Source of the DNA: Vicugna vicugna
Lineage: Eukaryota
Length of the DNA: 64,000 nucleotides
Assembly: GCA_013265495.1 (NCBI GenBank)
Contig: MU062367.1
Coordinates: forward strand, 682,001 to 746,000
Reading direction: 5' to 3'
A program made the position numbers and the translations under genes. Shown in pieces: positions 1 through 13,520 of the stretch. Every line of letters starts with the position of its first letter. Positions within the stretch are counted from its first letter, which is position 1. The notes below the pieces were generated by a model. That model did not search any database and was not told where the DNA came from. It saw only the letters and a program-made list of their open reading frames with translations.

Positions 1-530
1 GAAGGTGTGAGATGCAGTTGACTGATGCTCACAATCCGTTTCTACTTTCTTCTGATGTGTATCCCTGCACTGCAGAAATATTAAAAAAAAAAAAAAGTTA
101 TTTGTCAAACTCCCTGTAGCTAAGCCCGAGGGTACAAATTAGGTCTCATCAAATAGGTGTGCTCTCATGAGACTTAGAAGGTGGCAATGAGGCCAAGGCC
201 ACCTACCTGCTGCTTTAGGCTGTTTCCTGCTTCAAGCAAGACCATGGAGAGTGCAGCAGGCAGCCTGCCCGCCTGGTGGGAGGGCCAGTTGTGATGGCAG
301 CAGTAGCTGGGATCTGTTCCAGCCTTCAGTCACCAGCTTCAGCGCTGTCAAGATGCGGTTCATTTGGTGGCTGTGGCAGCTTTGTGATTGTGGCTTTTGA
401 TCCTAGATCATAGATTTCATTTTGAGCCTGGATCCAGACTTGATTAGAACTCACTCTTTTGAACTCCTCTAAGGTTAAAATACCTAGATTATGTTGCCTG
501 CATTCAACCCTAGCTGACACAGAATACAAT
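1..530 (+). mobile_element. Ancient ERVL-class solo LTR fragment (LTR16/LTR33/LTR41-like)
   Basis: Ends in ...ttaaaatacctagattatgttgcctgcattcaaccctagctgacaca, resembling the ERVL LTR 3' terminus (aaatacctagagtggtt...ccctgactgataca). Family assigned by eye; boundaries approximate. Confidence 0.45.
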
Positions 531-539
531 AGTGAAAAA

Positions 540-1312
540 TATCCTTATGGCCTTTTTTTGTGGGAAAGCGTTTCTTAAATAAACAGAACACATATTTAAT
601 AAGCCATAAACCATAGTAATTCACATTTGACTTCAACAAAAGACACCAAAAATAGAGGGAAAAGCTCATAAAATAGTTGATGACATTTGCTACACATATA
701 CTTGGTACAGAATCCAAAATAAATTTTATTTTAAAAACTAATATGAATCAATAATAAAAAGGGGAAAGGATTAAAAAATACGGCCAAATACATGATCAAG
801 AGGAAGGGCTGATATCCCACAAACATGTAACTGTATTTAACTTCACTGGCAGTCAACAAAATCCAAATTAAAGCCACAAGATAAAATTCTATTCCCATCA
901 GATTGGTAAACATTTAAAAAGTAGATAATACAAAGAGTTACTAGGAAATAGAAAAATCAGAATTCTAAAACACCACTAATAATATATCCTGCTATGGCCA
1001 CTTTGGAAAAGAGTCTAGATGACTTGAATACCTCAGCATGGGCAAACTCTACCACAGATACTCCACTGCTTGGAGTATATCTTTGGGAAAATTGTGTGCA
1101 TATGCATAGAAGATAAGAATAAAGAAAGTTTCTGGGAGCATTGCTTGTATAGGAAAAAATAAGAAATAATTCAGTTTTATCACAACATTGTAAACTGATT
1201 ATACTTCAATTTTAAACAGAAATAATTCAATGTCTATCAATAATAGAATAGACAGATGAACCCTGGGATACTCATTTGATGGAATACTATACAGCAATAA
1301 AAAACAGAACCA
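540..1312 (+). mobile_element. Degraded L1 (L1ME-like) 3' fragment
   Basis: A-rich sequence with typical old L1 3' motifs (caaattaaagccacaagata...cccatcagattggtaaacattt; ggccactttggaaaa; tggaatactatacagcaat). Confidence 0.6.
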
Positions 1313-1315
1313 CCA

Positions 1316-1818
1316 CTAGTCCTTGCCTTTTGCTCTCAGATCTATTCCTTGTCCTTGTCATGCAAACTACATTTTCTGGGTTCCCTTGCCAACTGACTTC
1401 TTAGGTATGCATCCTGGACAATCAAACCCACAGCATGGAGGCTAGGGAGTTGGCGGAAGGGAGAATCCAGGGTATTTCTCCCTCTTTTTCCTGCTTTAAC
1501 GGACTTCTTCCAGCATAGGCCACAGCTCTACCATTCCCCTCCAGACGATTTCTTTCTCTATGAACCCAGTTCCTACTGTGGTTCTAGGTCTCATCAGATG
1601 GACAAGCTCTGGGCTCCAGTTAGTCTACCTCCTTCGTTCTCCCAGCCCTAGTGGTAGCAGTGGCTTTTGTGCTGTTGTTAATATCTAGCTTGCTTCATTA
1701 TCCTCTACTTGACTTCTCAGATCTTTCATTCTCCATGGGACCACTGTCCTGTATTAAATTTCTTCTGTTTTGTACCCAGAGTGGTGTTTGTTTTTCTGTC
1801 TAGTCCTTAACTGATATC
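1316..1818 (+). mobile_element. LTR33-like ERVL solo LTR inserted into the L1ME fragment
   Basis: Contains cagggtatttctccctct, gccctagtggtagcagtggctt...tgctgttgttaat, gtattaaatttcttctgtt and ends gagtggtgtttgtttttctgtctagtccttaactgatat, matching the LTR33 3' end as recalled. L1 sequence resumes after it. Confidence 0.7.
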
Positions 1819-1819
1819 C

Positions 1820-2560
1820 ACAACTACATACATCACACATCACCAGTGGATCTCAAAAAACATTTTTTAAAAAGGCAGATTGCAGCAGTATAATCGCAGT
1901 TATGAAAGTTTCACAAATACGCAAAACTAATATACTGGTTAGGGACACAAACATGCTAAATTTATAAAGAAAAACCATGGGAAAATAAATATACCAACTG
2001 CTAATTCCAAAAATTAGAAAAAGAATAAAGTAAACCAAAATAAACTAATAAGACAGATGCAGAATTTAATGTGTTCAAAAATAGAAAAATATTCGAATCA
2101 ATTCAATACAAAAGCTGTTTCTTTTAATAAAATGAATGAAATAGACATACCATAAGCCAACTAATTAAAGGGGAAAAAAAGGACAAGATGGGAAAATGAT
2201 GAAAGAGAAATAAACTCAATCAGGGATTTTTAACAAATCATAAGAAACAACTTTGTGTAGTGTGACACCTTCTCCAGGGCAGTTCATGCCCATTGTCCCA
2301 GCATGACATCCAGTTATGACATGATTTAGCTCTCAGTTAGAAAATGATTTTTAATGTCATCCTAATTTTGCACAACTCTGTATATAAATTTGGAAACTCA
2401 AATTAAAATGAATAATTTTGTAGAAAAATGTGGAAACAAAATTAACCACAGCAGAGACAGAAAGTCTGAACAGGGCAATTACCATAGAAGACAGAGCATA
2501 GTTTTATGGATTCCCAACCAAATAAGCGCCAGGACCAGAAAGTTTCACAAACTTTCTAAA
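1820..2560 (+). mobile_element. Degraded L1 fragments
   Basis: A-rich L1 3' and ORF2-derived sequence (aaaatgaataattttgtagaaaaatg..., cagggcaattaccatagaagacagagc). Confidence 0.5.
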
Positions 2561-2639
2561 GACAACTATTCTATTATTGGCTGTGAGAAAACAGACACTC
2601 TTAACACTACCAGTGTGGATATAAAAGTGCACAATGGCA

Positions 2640-5450
2640 TATGTTTTTGCCCTTTAATCTAATTATGCCACTTATAGGGATCTGTTCCAAAATAAGGTGT
2701 AGAATATTTATATCCGTCCCAGAAAGTTCCCTCGTGCCTATTTTTAGTTAACAATCTACCACAAGCAACTACTCCTCTGATTTCTTTCACCATAAATTGG
2801 ATTTATCTGTTCTTGAATTTCATGTAAATATAATCATACAATAAGTGTCTGGATTTTTTTTTGCTCAACGAAATGTTTTGAGCTTCATTTACATTGTTTG
2901 GTGTAATTGTTTTTTACTCCTTTTCATTATAGCAGAGCATTTTACTGTTAAGGATGCCACAATTTGTTTACCCATTTTCCTGTTGATAGACATTTGGGTG
3001 GTTCCTACTTAGAAAATTTTTTTCTGCTTGAAAATTCTTGGGTTTTTTTCAGGTAAATATTTGGAAATGGAATTGTATGGTCAAAAGCTAGGTGAACATT
3101 TAACTTACTAAGAAGCTAGCAAATATCCTCCAAGATGAATGTTTTATTTTATATTCCCAGCAATAGTATATGAGTGATCCATTTGCGCCCACATCCTTAC
3201 AAATTCTATTATCATTAGTCTTTTTTTTAACTTAGCCATTCCAATATCTGTAGTAATATTTCATTGTTGAATATATTTTTATATGCTCATTAGGCATTTA
3301 CCTACTTTTTCTTTGGTAAAAGGTCTATTCAGATTCTTTGCCCAATTTTATAGTGTTATTTGTCATTTTATTGATTTAAGGAAGTTCTTTTTATTGTCTG
3401 GATATGAGTCCTTTGTCACGTGTGAGTCTTGTGAATGGATTTTCCCAGTTTGCCCGTTTATTTTCTTGATGCTATGTTTTGATGAGCAGAAGTTTCTACT
3501 TTTGATGAAGTGTGGTTTAATGAATACTGATTTTAAGGTTAACTCTTTTTGGCACTTCTCTAGAAAATATTTTGCTGCCTCAAGTTTATGGAAGGCACTA
3601 TTTTGTTTCTTCTAGAATCTTTACAGATTAAGCATTTTGTTTAGGTCTATGATACATTATAAAGTAATGTTTTTGTATGGTGTAAGACAGAGATCAAAGT
3701 TTACTTTTTTCTGCATAGATAATCAGTTGTTCTGGGATGACTTGTTGAAGAGACTTTTCTTTCCACACTGAATTGCTTTGGCAGCTTTGTCAAAAATCAA
3801 CTAATGATATAACTATGGGTCTCTCTGGTCTGTTTCACTGATCAATTTATCTTTCTCTACTGTGTCTCTATGCCAGTGGTTCTCAATCAGTGATTTTTGC
3901 CCCACCCCTCGGGGAAAGGTGGGTATCAGGTAATGGTTGGAGACACTTTTCGTTTGTCACAACTTCGAGAGGGGGCTACTACTGGTATCTAGTAAATAGT
4001 GACCAGGATGCTGCTTGACACTGTACAGTGTACAGGACCACTCTCACAACAAAGAATCATCTAGCCCAAAATGTCTATAGTGCCAAGGTGAGAAACCCCA
4101 CTCTAGGTCAATATAACACTGCCTTGACTATGGTAACTTTATAGTAAGTCTTGAAATCAGGTAACATAATTCCTCCAACTTTGTTCTTTTTCAGGATTGT
4201 TTTGGTTATTCACATTTTGGAATTTTAAATGAGAATTGCCTTGAATCTTTAGATAAATAGGGAAAATGGACTTCTTAACAACACCAGATCATTTAATCCA
4301 TGAACGTGCGATAGCCCTCCATTTATTTAGGACTTCTTCCATTTCAGGGATGCTTTGAAGATTCAGTGTAAAAATCTTGCACATGTTTTTTTAAATCACC
4401 CAACTTATTTCACATTGTTTGATTCTATGTAAATGGTATTTTTAATTTTATTTCCCAAATGTGCATTCCTGGTATAGAAATATAACTCAATTGTGTTGGA
4501 CGTGTACCCTATAACTTTGCTAAATTCACTTAGTATTTATAGTATTTTTGTAGATTCTTTGGGATTTTATATGAATGTGATCATCCTATCTGCAAATAAA
4601 GACATTTTTTACGTCTTCCTTTTCAATGGTTTCTTGTTCCTGTTCCTAGGGGCGGAAGAGTTTTGGTTTTCACTAATAAGCATTTTGTTAACTGTAGGTT
4701 TTATTCTAGATATTCTTTATCAGGTTGTGGAAGTTGCTAGCATAATGATGAATTTTATATGAATGGATTTTTAATTTTGTTAAATGCTATTTTGGCATGT
4801 GATGAGATGATAATACATATTTTCTTTTTTATTCTGGTAATGTAGTGAATTATGTTTATTAACATTTGAATGTAAAATTTAACTTGAATTCTTGACATAA
4901 AATTCAGTCAGTTATGATGTATCATCTCTTTTATGTCTTACTGGATTTTTCTCGCATTCTTAAGGATTTTATTTTGAGTTTTACATTCATGAAGGATATT
5001 GGTTGATAGTTTTCTTGTAGTATCCTTGCCTGGTTTGGGTATGAAAATTATGTTGGCCCTATGAATGTTTTGGGAAGTGTTCCCATCTCCCTATTTTCTG
5101 AAAGATTTTATGTAAACTCGGTACTATTTCTGTCTTAAGTGTTGGTAAATTTAGCGCTGAAGCCATCTGAGCTGGCAGTTTTCTTTGTGCAAGACTTTAA
5201 TTATGAATTTAATTTCCTTTTCGATGAAGGGCTATTCAGATTTTCTACTTTTTCCTTGCATCCGTTTTGGTAATTTGTGTCTGCTAAACATTGCTTTAAT
5301 GACAGCCTACAAATTTTGATTTGTTGCAGTTTTATTATTCAATTCAAAATAGTTTCCTTGATTTTTATTTCTGGACTAATGGAAAATTTTGAAGTATGTC
5401 TTAATTATCAACTATTTGAGGAGTTCACAAACATTTTGTTTTTTTATGTC
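2640..5450 (-). mobile_element. Old L1 (L1MC/L1ME-type) 3' half, antisense, interrupted by MER20
   Basis: T-rich with antisense L1 ORF2/3'UTR hallmarks (ttctttgcccaattt, cagttgttctgggatgacttgttgaagagact, gtaagtcttgaaatcagg, tgtgatcatcctatctgcaaataaagac, gaagccatctgagctggcagttttctttg). Confidence 0.8.
3874..4100 (+). mobile_element. MER20 (hAT-Charlie MITE)
   Basis: cagtggttctcaa...gagacacttttcgtttgtcacaac...actggtatctagt...acaaagaatcatctagcccaaaatgtctatagtgccaaggtgagaaaccc matches the MER20 consensus along its length. Flanks ctctatgc/ctctaggt are a degraded 8-bp hAT TSD. Confidence 0.9.
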
Positions 5451-6739
5451 TAACTGTAGAGACTTAAGTAAATATTTAACCCCAGGAAAGGCACCTTGAT
5501 TCTTCTGTCAGGCACTAGCATGGGAGCCTGAATAAATTTAATCTGAGGTTAAGCTAGATTGAGGATGCAGTTTTAACTAGATTCACATCACCATTGACTC
5601 TAAATACTTTCAGGGTGCGATAAGGACTTTGTCTTCAGCAGGGCTTGGGTGATATGCATTAATGATTTCAAGATCTCTTTAAGATTCACTACCCAGCTGC
5701 TGCTTTCAGAACCTAGGGGTATATCTCTCTCTGCTTAATAACCCAGCTTTCAGCTTTCTGAATCATTGGGATCTTCTCTTTGCTCTTCAGTCCCTCGTCT
5801 ATTCTGTGCTTTTCTGGAAGATCTTTCTCCTTTCCTGCTTCACAGATTCTAGCCTTTCACCATCTCTAGAATGTATGATGACCCAGGATGCCTTGGAATA
5901 ATTTCCCTTGGTTTTCCTCTCTGCTTCTTGCATTCAGTGGGTTCCTGCCTTGCATTCAGTGAGGAACTGAAATGCCTCAAGGGGCAGCTTCCTTAGTTTC
6001 CCTGTCCTGTATGCAGTTTTTAATGAAGTGGCCCACTGCATTTAACTTGGAGAGGGCACCATGGGTCTCGAAAAGGATCTCTGCCTTCCTCCAGCCCTCC
6101 TGCCTTGCCCCAGCCTCAGTATCCTACCTAGCCCCTTGCTCTCAGTGACAACCCTTGGAAAAGGGTCATAGGAAGTAGGTGTAGGTTCACTCTGGCCGGG
6201 GATCTTGAGGCTTTTAATCCATCACTCCAACTCATACACAGACATTAAGATTTCTTTTAATCTTTACTTACGATGGATTATTTCTCTTCCTTCCTCTCAC
6301 CAGCAATAAAGGCTGCCATAAGTCTTTTTTTATCCTGGAAAAGTTAGTGAAATTTTTTGGATTTTTAGCTCATTTAGCTTTCTTTGTATCCTCAACTCTC
6401 TGATTGGTTTAAAAAAAAAACTGTGGTTTTTGGGGGTTTTTTTGCTTTTTGGGGGGTTTTTGTGGCTTGCTTGCTCTCTTTGTTAAAATCTGGCAATTTT
6501 TTATATTCTAAGTGGTAGCAGAAATCTCTCGCAAGCTTTGGTTTTAATGAACACAATTTGAATGACGATGGAGCTATAACCTTTTACTATATGGCCTCAT
6601 ACATGATTTTCAAAGTTCTACTGTAGTTCAAATGTCGATTTTATCTAAGTTGATTCAGGAGATTCTTATTTGACAAAATTAAGCTTGATGTTATCATTAA
6701 TGGGAATGGGAGAATAAAAGATGAGGCAAAGGACCAAGG

Positions 6740-6975
6740 AAGAGAATGAGTATTTATTAGGTGACTTCTGTGAGCCAAGGTGCTGTGTCAGACACTTTTA
6801 TGGTATTATCTCTCTTAATACTTACTCCAGCTCTGTAAGACCGGTGTTCCTATCACCATGTACAGGTTGGGAAATGAGGTCTCAGAGATTAGAGTGTCTG
6901 TGGTCACCCAGAGTGTAACTAGATGTGATAGGATTTAACCCCAGTTCACTATGACTTCAAACCGTGTTGCTTTCT
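6740..6975 (-). mobile_element. MIR SINE
   Basis: Antisense MIR core (tacaggttgggaaatgaggtctcagaga...gtggtcacccag...ggatttaaccccag). Confidence 0.7.
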
Positions 6976-8614
6976 TTTCCAGGATGTTATATGCTTGAGA
7001 CAAGAATGTGTGGGAAACAGGGAAGAAGTCATTGAGGCAGCAGTGGGTGGCCAGGTTGGAAAGGGAAGATAAGATCAGATCAAGTGAGCCTGAATCCTGG
7101 GTGGAGATGTTCAGAATTGACCTTACAGGCGATTGGTATCATTTCAAATTCCTGGACCGTGATGGGAATGTAAGAAAAACTCTTCTGGAAACACTGGCAG
7201 AGATGAAGGATGTTGGCTTATCCTCCTCGCAGTGTGCACACCAACGCAAACCCAAATGAACATGCACTCCAGTAATATCTATGTGCTTGCTTTGCAAATG
7301 CATCTATGAAGCAGAGCCTCCAACCTCCCCTTCCAACCAGAGTGCACCCTGGGGCTGCTCGTATGCAGGCAGGGGGTACTGGACAGACAGGAGGAGGAAC
7401 CGGAGTTCTGTGTAGGGGCCCTTGACAGAAACTGGGGTAGCTGACCTTCGCACAGGCAAAAGGCAAGAGAGTTTCCCACTGGGCGTTATGAGTGTAGTAA
7501 TATGAGGCGTGCAATTTCCTTGAAATCAAGTGCAGAAGTTATAGCCGCTATTTTAAATACACGCTGGGTTTAAAATTTGCTTTCACATATTCCTAAATTG
7601 TGTGTCATTTTTCATGCAGTTGAAACCATATAGGCAAAGTCCTAAAACTTTAAAAGATTTTTTCCATATCATAAAAACCTTAGTTAACACTTTTTTATGT
7701 TCACAGAAAGTTAATGAACTTACTTATTAATATTTTTGTAGCACAAGTCAAACATGATAAGCCCTCATTTAGCTACTTCTCTCTGAGCAACAGAAGCTTT
7801 AAACCACATTGCACATACCTTAAAATTCTATGTGCCCTTTGGAAAAATCGATGTGCTTGCTCCCTCTGTGTTTAGAAGGCCCCATAAACAATGTGTCGTG
7901 TCTGCCGCTATTACCATCTGGTAGCTGACATCAATTCCCTCGCTGGTTTCCTCCAACAAGGCAGCCTTATATGAACGCTTGCAGTAACGTTTGACAGGCT
8001 TTGGTGACGCAGTGGGGATTAGGCTCAGTTCCTTTATTGTGCTGCCTCTCTGGTGGAGATTTCTCAGAATCCAGGCGTGTCACAGATTTGGAAAATTCTA
8101 ATAGCTTAGCTAGAGGGAGGCAAGCATGGGAAAGGGCAATGAATTCATTCTCCACAGGCCTATTCATTCTCACAGGCTGGAGAGGTAACCAGTGACCAGA
8201 GAGCACTTGGGTGCCCTTAATGACTCAGAGCTGCATTAGTCAGCATATTTTCAGCATGTTTCTCATCTTTAGTACACTTACTTAATCGAGCATCAGAGAA
8301 GCCGCGATAGAATTAATATTCAAGCAAAGCTTTGGATTAGTAACCGAAGAAAAGCCACATGGCTCCCTTGCTGTTCTGCTGAGTGGTGATCACCGTTTTA
8401 TGCAGTAACCAGATGTCCAGCTTCGAGAGCATGAGACTCAAAAAGAATAAAATCAGTTTGGTTTTCATGAGGGAGCAAAGGGTGGGTGGGCGCTGTCTGC
8501 TTCGTTGCTGCAGGAGACGAGTATGAAGCACGGGAAGACCACCAGGGCAGACCCAGCGGGGGAAAGTGTCACACACGTGACAGCGCAAGGGAGAGGGGAG
8601 AACGCTGAGTCGGG

Positions 8615-8800
8615 GGAAGAGAGCTCTGAGTTCAAATCACCCCCTTGCTCTTCAGTAGCTATTCAGCATGGACGAATGACCTAGGGCTCTGAAAACCAGG
8701 TTTTATATCTGTAACATAGAGTAACATATACCTGATGGAGTTGTGATGAAAGTTCACTAGAATATAGGTATACCGAAGGGGGAACTTAATAAAAGGTAGT
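8615..8800 (+). mobile_element. MIR SINE
   Basis: ctgagttcaaatc...ggttttatatctgtaacatagagtaac...gagttgtgatgaaagtt...cttaataaaaggtagtta. Confidence 0.6.
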
Positions 8801-9469
8801 TAGGTCGGAGTGACTGTGGCTGTTTGGATCAGAATGGTGCTCACGATCAGTCAGTGGGATTGTGGTCCCTTTGGTCAGAATGATGCGCAAGGACCTCATG
8901 GCTCTAGAGAGCTCCTGGTTAAGACAAACCAGTGTAGATCAGGACCCGGAGACTTGATAGAAATGCATGTAGGTGGGGCAAGCCTTAGAAGTGAATAAGC
9001 TGTAGGAAATGAGAGAAAATCAAGGTAAAGGTGAAGGTGAGATTAATTTTCAGTCACGCATGGGAAAGCTGCAACGTCAGGTCCTGGCAGGTGAGTGATG
9101 CATCCTCTGAGACATTCGGGCTGGCCAGCTGACATCAGAAAGTAGGGACAGCCCATCATGCCATGTAAAGGCAAGCCACCCACACTCCTAGGGAAGATGT
9201 TGTCACTGAGGCAGCGATAATTCAAAGTTTTATTTAAAATTTGGCAGTTCTTGAAATGATATAACACTGTTCCTACAGAGAGGTTGTAATTTTTTGTTCT
9301 CTTTCAGAAGGGTGGGTAGATAGTTGCTGCTGTCTTCCAACTTTGGGAATTTGACAGTCCTTGGCCATCTGCCCCGCCATATTCCATGCAAAGGACTTTG
9401 AGATTGTGGTGACACTGTTTTATTTGCCTTTGTATCTGCTGTGCCTAACATATTGCATCAAAGAGGAAG

Positions 9470-11400
9470 TTTCCAAAGAAATTTGAAAATACCTAGAATT
9501 AAATGAAAATGAAAATACAACACTTCAAAATATATGAGATGCAGCTAAAGAAGTTTTGGGAGGGAAATTTGTATCATTAATGCTTACGTTAGAAAGGAAG
9601 AAGTTCTCAAATCAATAATCTAAGTTCCTACCTCAATAAACTAATAAAAGAAGGACAAAATAAATCCAAAACAAGCAGAAAAAAAGAAAATAATACAGGT
9701 AAGAGCAGAAATCAATGAAGCAGAAAATAGGAAAACAATAGAGAAAAACAGTGAAACAAAAAGCTGGTTCTTTGGGGGAAAAAAATCAGTAAAATTGATA
9801 CACCACTAACAAGACTGACAAAAATAAAAGATAGGATACAAATTACCAATATCAAGAATGAAATAAAAAATATTACTACATATCCTGCAGCCACTGGAAA
9901 GAAAACAAGGTGACAACTTTATGCTCATAATTCAATAACTTAGAAGCAATGGACCAATCCTTGAAAACCATTACCTACCAAAATTCAACCAAAATGAAGT
10001 AGGTCTTCTGTATAACCCTAGAACCTGTAGAGAAATTTTTGGATTTGTAATTTGAAAGTTCTCAAAAGAAATGTCTAGGCCCAAATGGTTTCAATGGAGA
10101 ATCTACTACACAAATTAGACTCATCAAATTTAAAAAGTTTTGCTCTGTGAAACCCAAGTGAGGAAGATGAAAAGATAAGCTAGACCATGAGAGGACCTTT
10201 TCAAACCACTTACTTAACAAAAGACAACTATCTAGAATATGCAAGTAACTCTCAAAACATAGCAGTAAAAATTGGTCAGTTTAATTAAACAAAGGGCGAA
10301 AGACATGAAGAGACACTTCAGTGAAGAGGATATGTGAATAGAAAGTTAAGGATATGAAAAGATGTTCAACATCATTAGCCATCCGTGAAACGCAAATTGA
10401 GACTTCAGTGAGATGCCACTGCACACCTATTAGAATGGCTGAAATAAAAAATAGTGACAACATCAAATGTTGACAAGGATGCAGAGAAATTAGGGCACTC
10501 ACACATTGCTAGTGGGACTGTAAGCTGATACAACCACTCTAGGAAATTGGTTGGAGATTTTTTTATAAAATTAAGCAATGCACCGCCTCATTCCCAGGTG
10601 TATGTGTTCTTTTAGTTGTCGCCACATTGAAAGTGTTTTGAGAGGTGATTGGAATAAAAGGTGTGGCACATAAAAAAATTAAGCATTCAATTGCCACGCA
10701 GAGCAGCATTTTCACCCCTTGGCACTTATCCCAGAGAAATGAAAACTTATGCTCACACAAAACCCCGTACATAAGTGTACATAGCAGCTTTATATGTAAT
10801 AAATAACAACTGAAGTTGGCCCAGATATCCTTCAACAGGTGAATGGCTAAGCCAGCTGTGGTATATCCACACCATAGAATGCTTTGCAGCGATAGAAAAG
10901 AACAGGAATTACTGATACACACAGTGATCTCCGGAGAATTATGCTGAGTGGAAAAAACCAATGCCAAAGGTTACACACTGTAGGATTCCTTGTATATAAC
11001 ATTCTGGAAAGAACAAAATTATAGAAACAGAGAACAGATTAGTGGCTGCTGAGGTTGTTATGGGGCAAAGAGAACAGGAGTGGGAGGTGGGGAGGCGGGT
11101 GTGGTTATAGGAGAGGACAAGGTATCCTCGTGGTGATGGAGGTGTTCAGTATCTTGATGGTGGTGGTAGATACACGAACCTGAACAGAAGCTAAAATTGT
11201 ATGAAACTTAATACACACACACAACTGGAGGAATCAGAAGAAGCGAACTATATGGATGACAATACCCAGTTGTGATTATCGTGCTGTAGTCTTACGAAAT
11301 GTCACCGCTGGGGGAAACTGAGCACAACATAGAAGGCACCTGTCCCTCTCTGTTATTTCTTATAATTGATGTGAATCTACAATTATCTCAAATGAATTAA
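9470..11400 (+). mobile_element. L1MC-type LINE-1 fragment (ORF2 remnants plus 3'UTR)
   Basis: ORF2 remnants (gatgcagctaaagaagttttgggagggaaattt; caaaagctggttctttg; caaattaccaatatcaagaatgaaa) and the L1MC1/2-like tail (gtggtgatgga...cagtatcttgatggtggtggt; gatgtgaatctacaattatctcaaa). Confidence 0.85.
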
Positions 11401-12354
11401 TAATGCTACCTCTTATTTCAATAAGCACTTATTAAGTATTTGACAATTTCTGGAAGGTTAAATGTGTTCGATGTTTTTATTTCAATCCGATGAGAATAAA
11501 TGATACCAGAATTTCTGACAGATTAACTCAAATAGCCCTCTGTTACGAAGAGCTAAAATGTATTCAGAGCTGCCCAAAGCAAAGACATAGACACTTATTT
11601 ACCAGAAGATATTGATCTGAAGCCGTAATTCCCCGCTCTGAGGGTTGAAGGAGGTAACCAAAGTGACCCAGCAAGATCTCTGGGATAAAACCAGCCTCCA
11701 AATATTCAGTGCTCTCTTTTTCTCTCTCTCTCTCTCAATTGAAAAGCTGGAGCCGTCACCCATCAACACAGAAACTGCCTTGGATTGATTTTGGAAGGCA
11801 AATATGTCAAGTGCACATTTGATAGGTTATTGACTGAAATAAATTGTCTGAAAATGCCCATCACTGTGATCATTCTTATTCATAAAGATTGAATATTTGT
11901 GATTAAAATGAAAATATATTCACTTAAAGCTAGTTACCGCTAGACATCCATCAGGAATGAAGCCAGAGGCCAATTCAGCCACACGTCAGAGGGCTCTTGG
12001 ACCTACAAATCATGTCACAGACACAGTGGCTTCTTGCATTTACGCGGGGAGCGCTGCAGGCCAGGGGTCTATGACTTCAGCACTGCACATATGTGGCTGT
12101 TATTTAGAACTCTCCGAGGTACAGATTCACGTTACCATCTGCCAGCTCAGTTGCTGTTTGCATCTGCCTTAAAAGGGGGGTTGGGCATAATCAATTAAAG
12201 CATGCATAGAAAGTCCTGGAAAAAACCACCGCCACCAGCAACCTGAGCTTGGGAGAAGTGCGCATGTCTGTCTGAAGGGGGAAATAAAGAATTCTGCTCT
12301 CTTTGAAAATAATTCCTTTGAACTTGGGAAATTCAGTGACAAAAGAGTGTTTTA

Positions 12355-13520
12355 AATTTCCTAACACTGTTCTGCTTCTCTGAAGGCCCTCAGAAATAAT
12401 CTCAGCTTTATAGGCTTTAAAGTTAATTTAATGATACATGAGACAAAATAAAAACTTGAAACTTTTGCTCTACAAAAGACTCTGTTAAGAGTTTGAAGAG
12501 ACAAGCTATCGACTAGGAGAAAACATTTGCAAAAATATACTTCTGTTAAAGAAAGATCAGTATCTAGAATATATAAAGAACTTTCAAAACTCAACAGTAA
12601 AAAACAAGCAAGCAATTTAATTAGAAAATGGGCGAAAGATATACATTTCACCAAAGAAACACACTGATGACAAACAAGCACATGCAAAAATATTCAACAT
12701 CATTCGTCAACAGGGGAATGCAAATTAAAACCATAATGAGATAACCCTACACACCTATGAGAATGACTTAAAAAAAATTGTGACAACACTGAATGCTGAC
12801 AACTCTGTGGAGAACCTGGACCACTCATAAATGGCTGGTGGAAATATGAAATGGTGTAGCCGCTCTGTTTGGCTGTTTCTTACAGAATTAAACATGCAGT
12901 TCCCATATGAGCCAGCAACTGCTCTCCTGGGCTTTGTTCCAGGTAAATGAATACTTACGTTCATACAAAAGCCTGTACGTTAACTCACATAACAGATTTA
13001 TTTGTACTAACCAAACACTAGGTACAATCTAGATATCCTGCAACAGGTGAATGGTTAAACTTTGGTGCATACCGTGGGATACTACTCAATGATAAAAAAG
13101 GAACAAGTTATTGACTCATAAAATAACTTTGATGAATCACCAGGAATAATGCTGAGTGGGGAAAAAAAAAGCGCCAAACTCAAAAAGTTACATACTGTAC
13201 ACTTCCAGCTATGTAACATTTTTGAAATGACAAAATTACAGAAATGGAGAAGAGATCAGTGGTTGCCAAGGGTTAAGGATTGCATAGGGGCAGAGAGAGT
13301 TAGGAAGAGAGGGAGGGAGGGCTGACACGAGGCTTCCTTAGGGTGATGGAACGGCTCTGTATCTTGACTGTATCAATATCAATACACTGGTTGAGATATA
13401 CTATAGTTTTGCAAGATAGCACTGAAGGAAATTGCTTAAAGGGTACAGGAGATTTCGCTGTATTATTTATTACAACCTCTTGAGATAATCTACAATTATC
13501 TCAGAAAGGTTTAATATTTT
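12355..13520 (+). mobile_element. Second L1MC-type LINE-1 3' fragment
   Basis: gaaacttttgctctacaaaagactctgttaagag...actgggagaaaacatttgc-like sequence, with tail tcaatacactggttgagatatactatagttttgcaagat...tctacaattatctcag. Confidence 0.85.
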
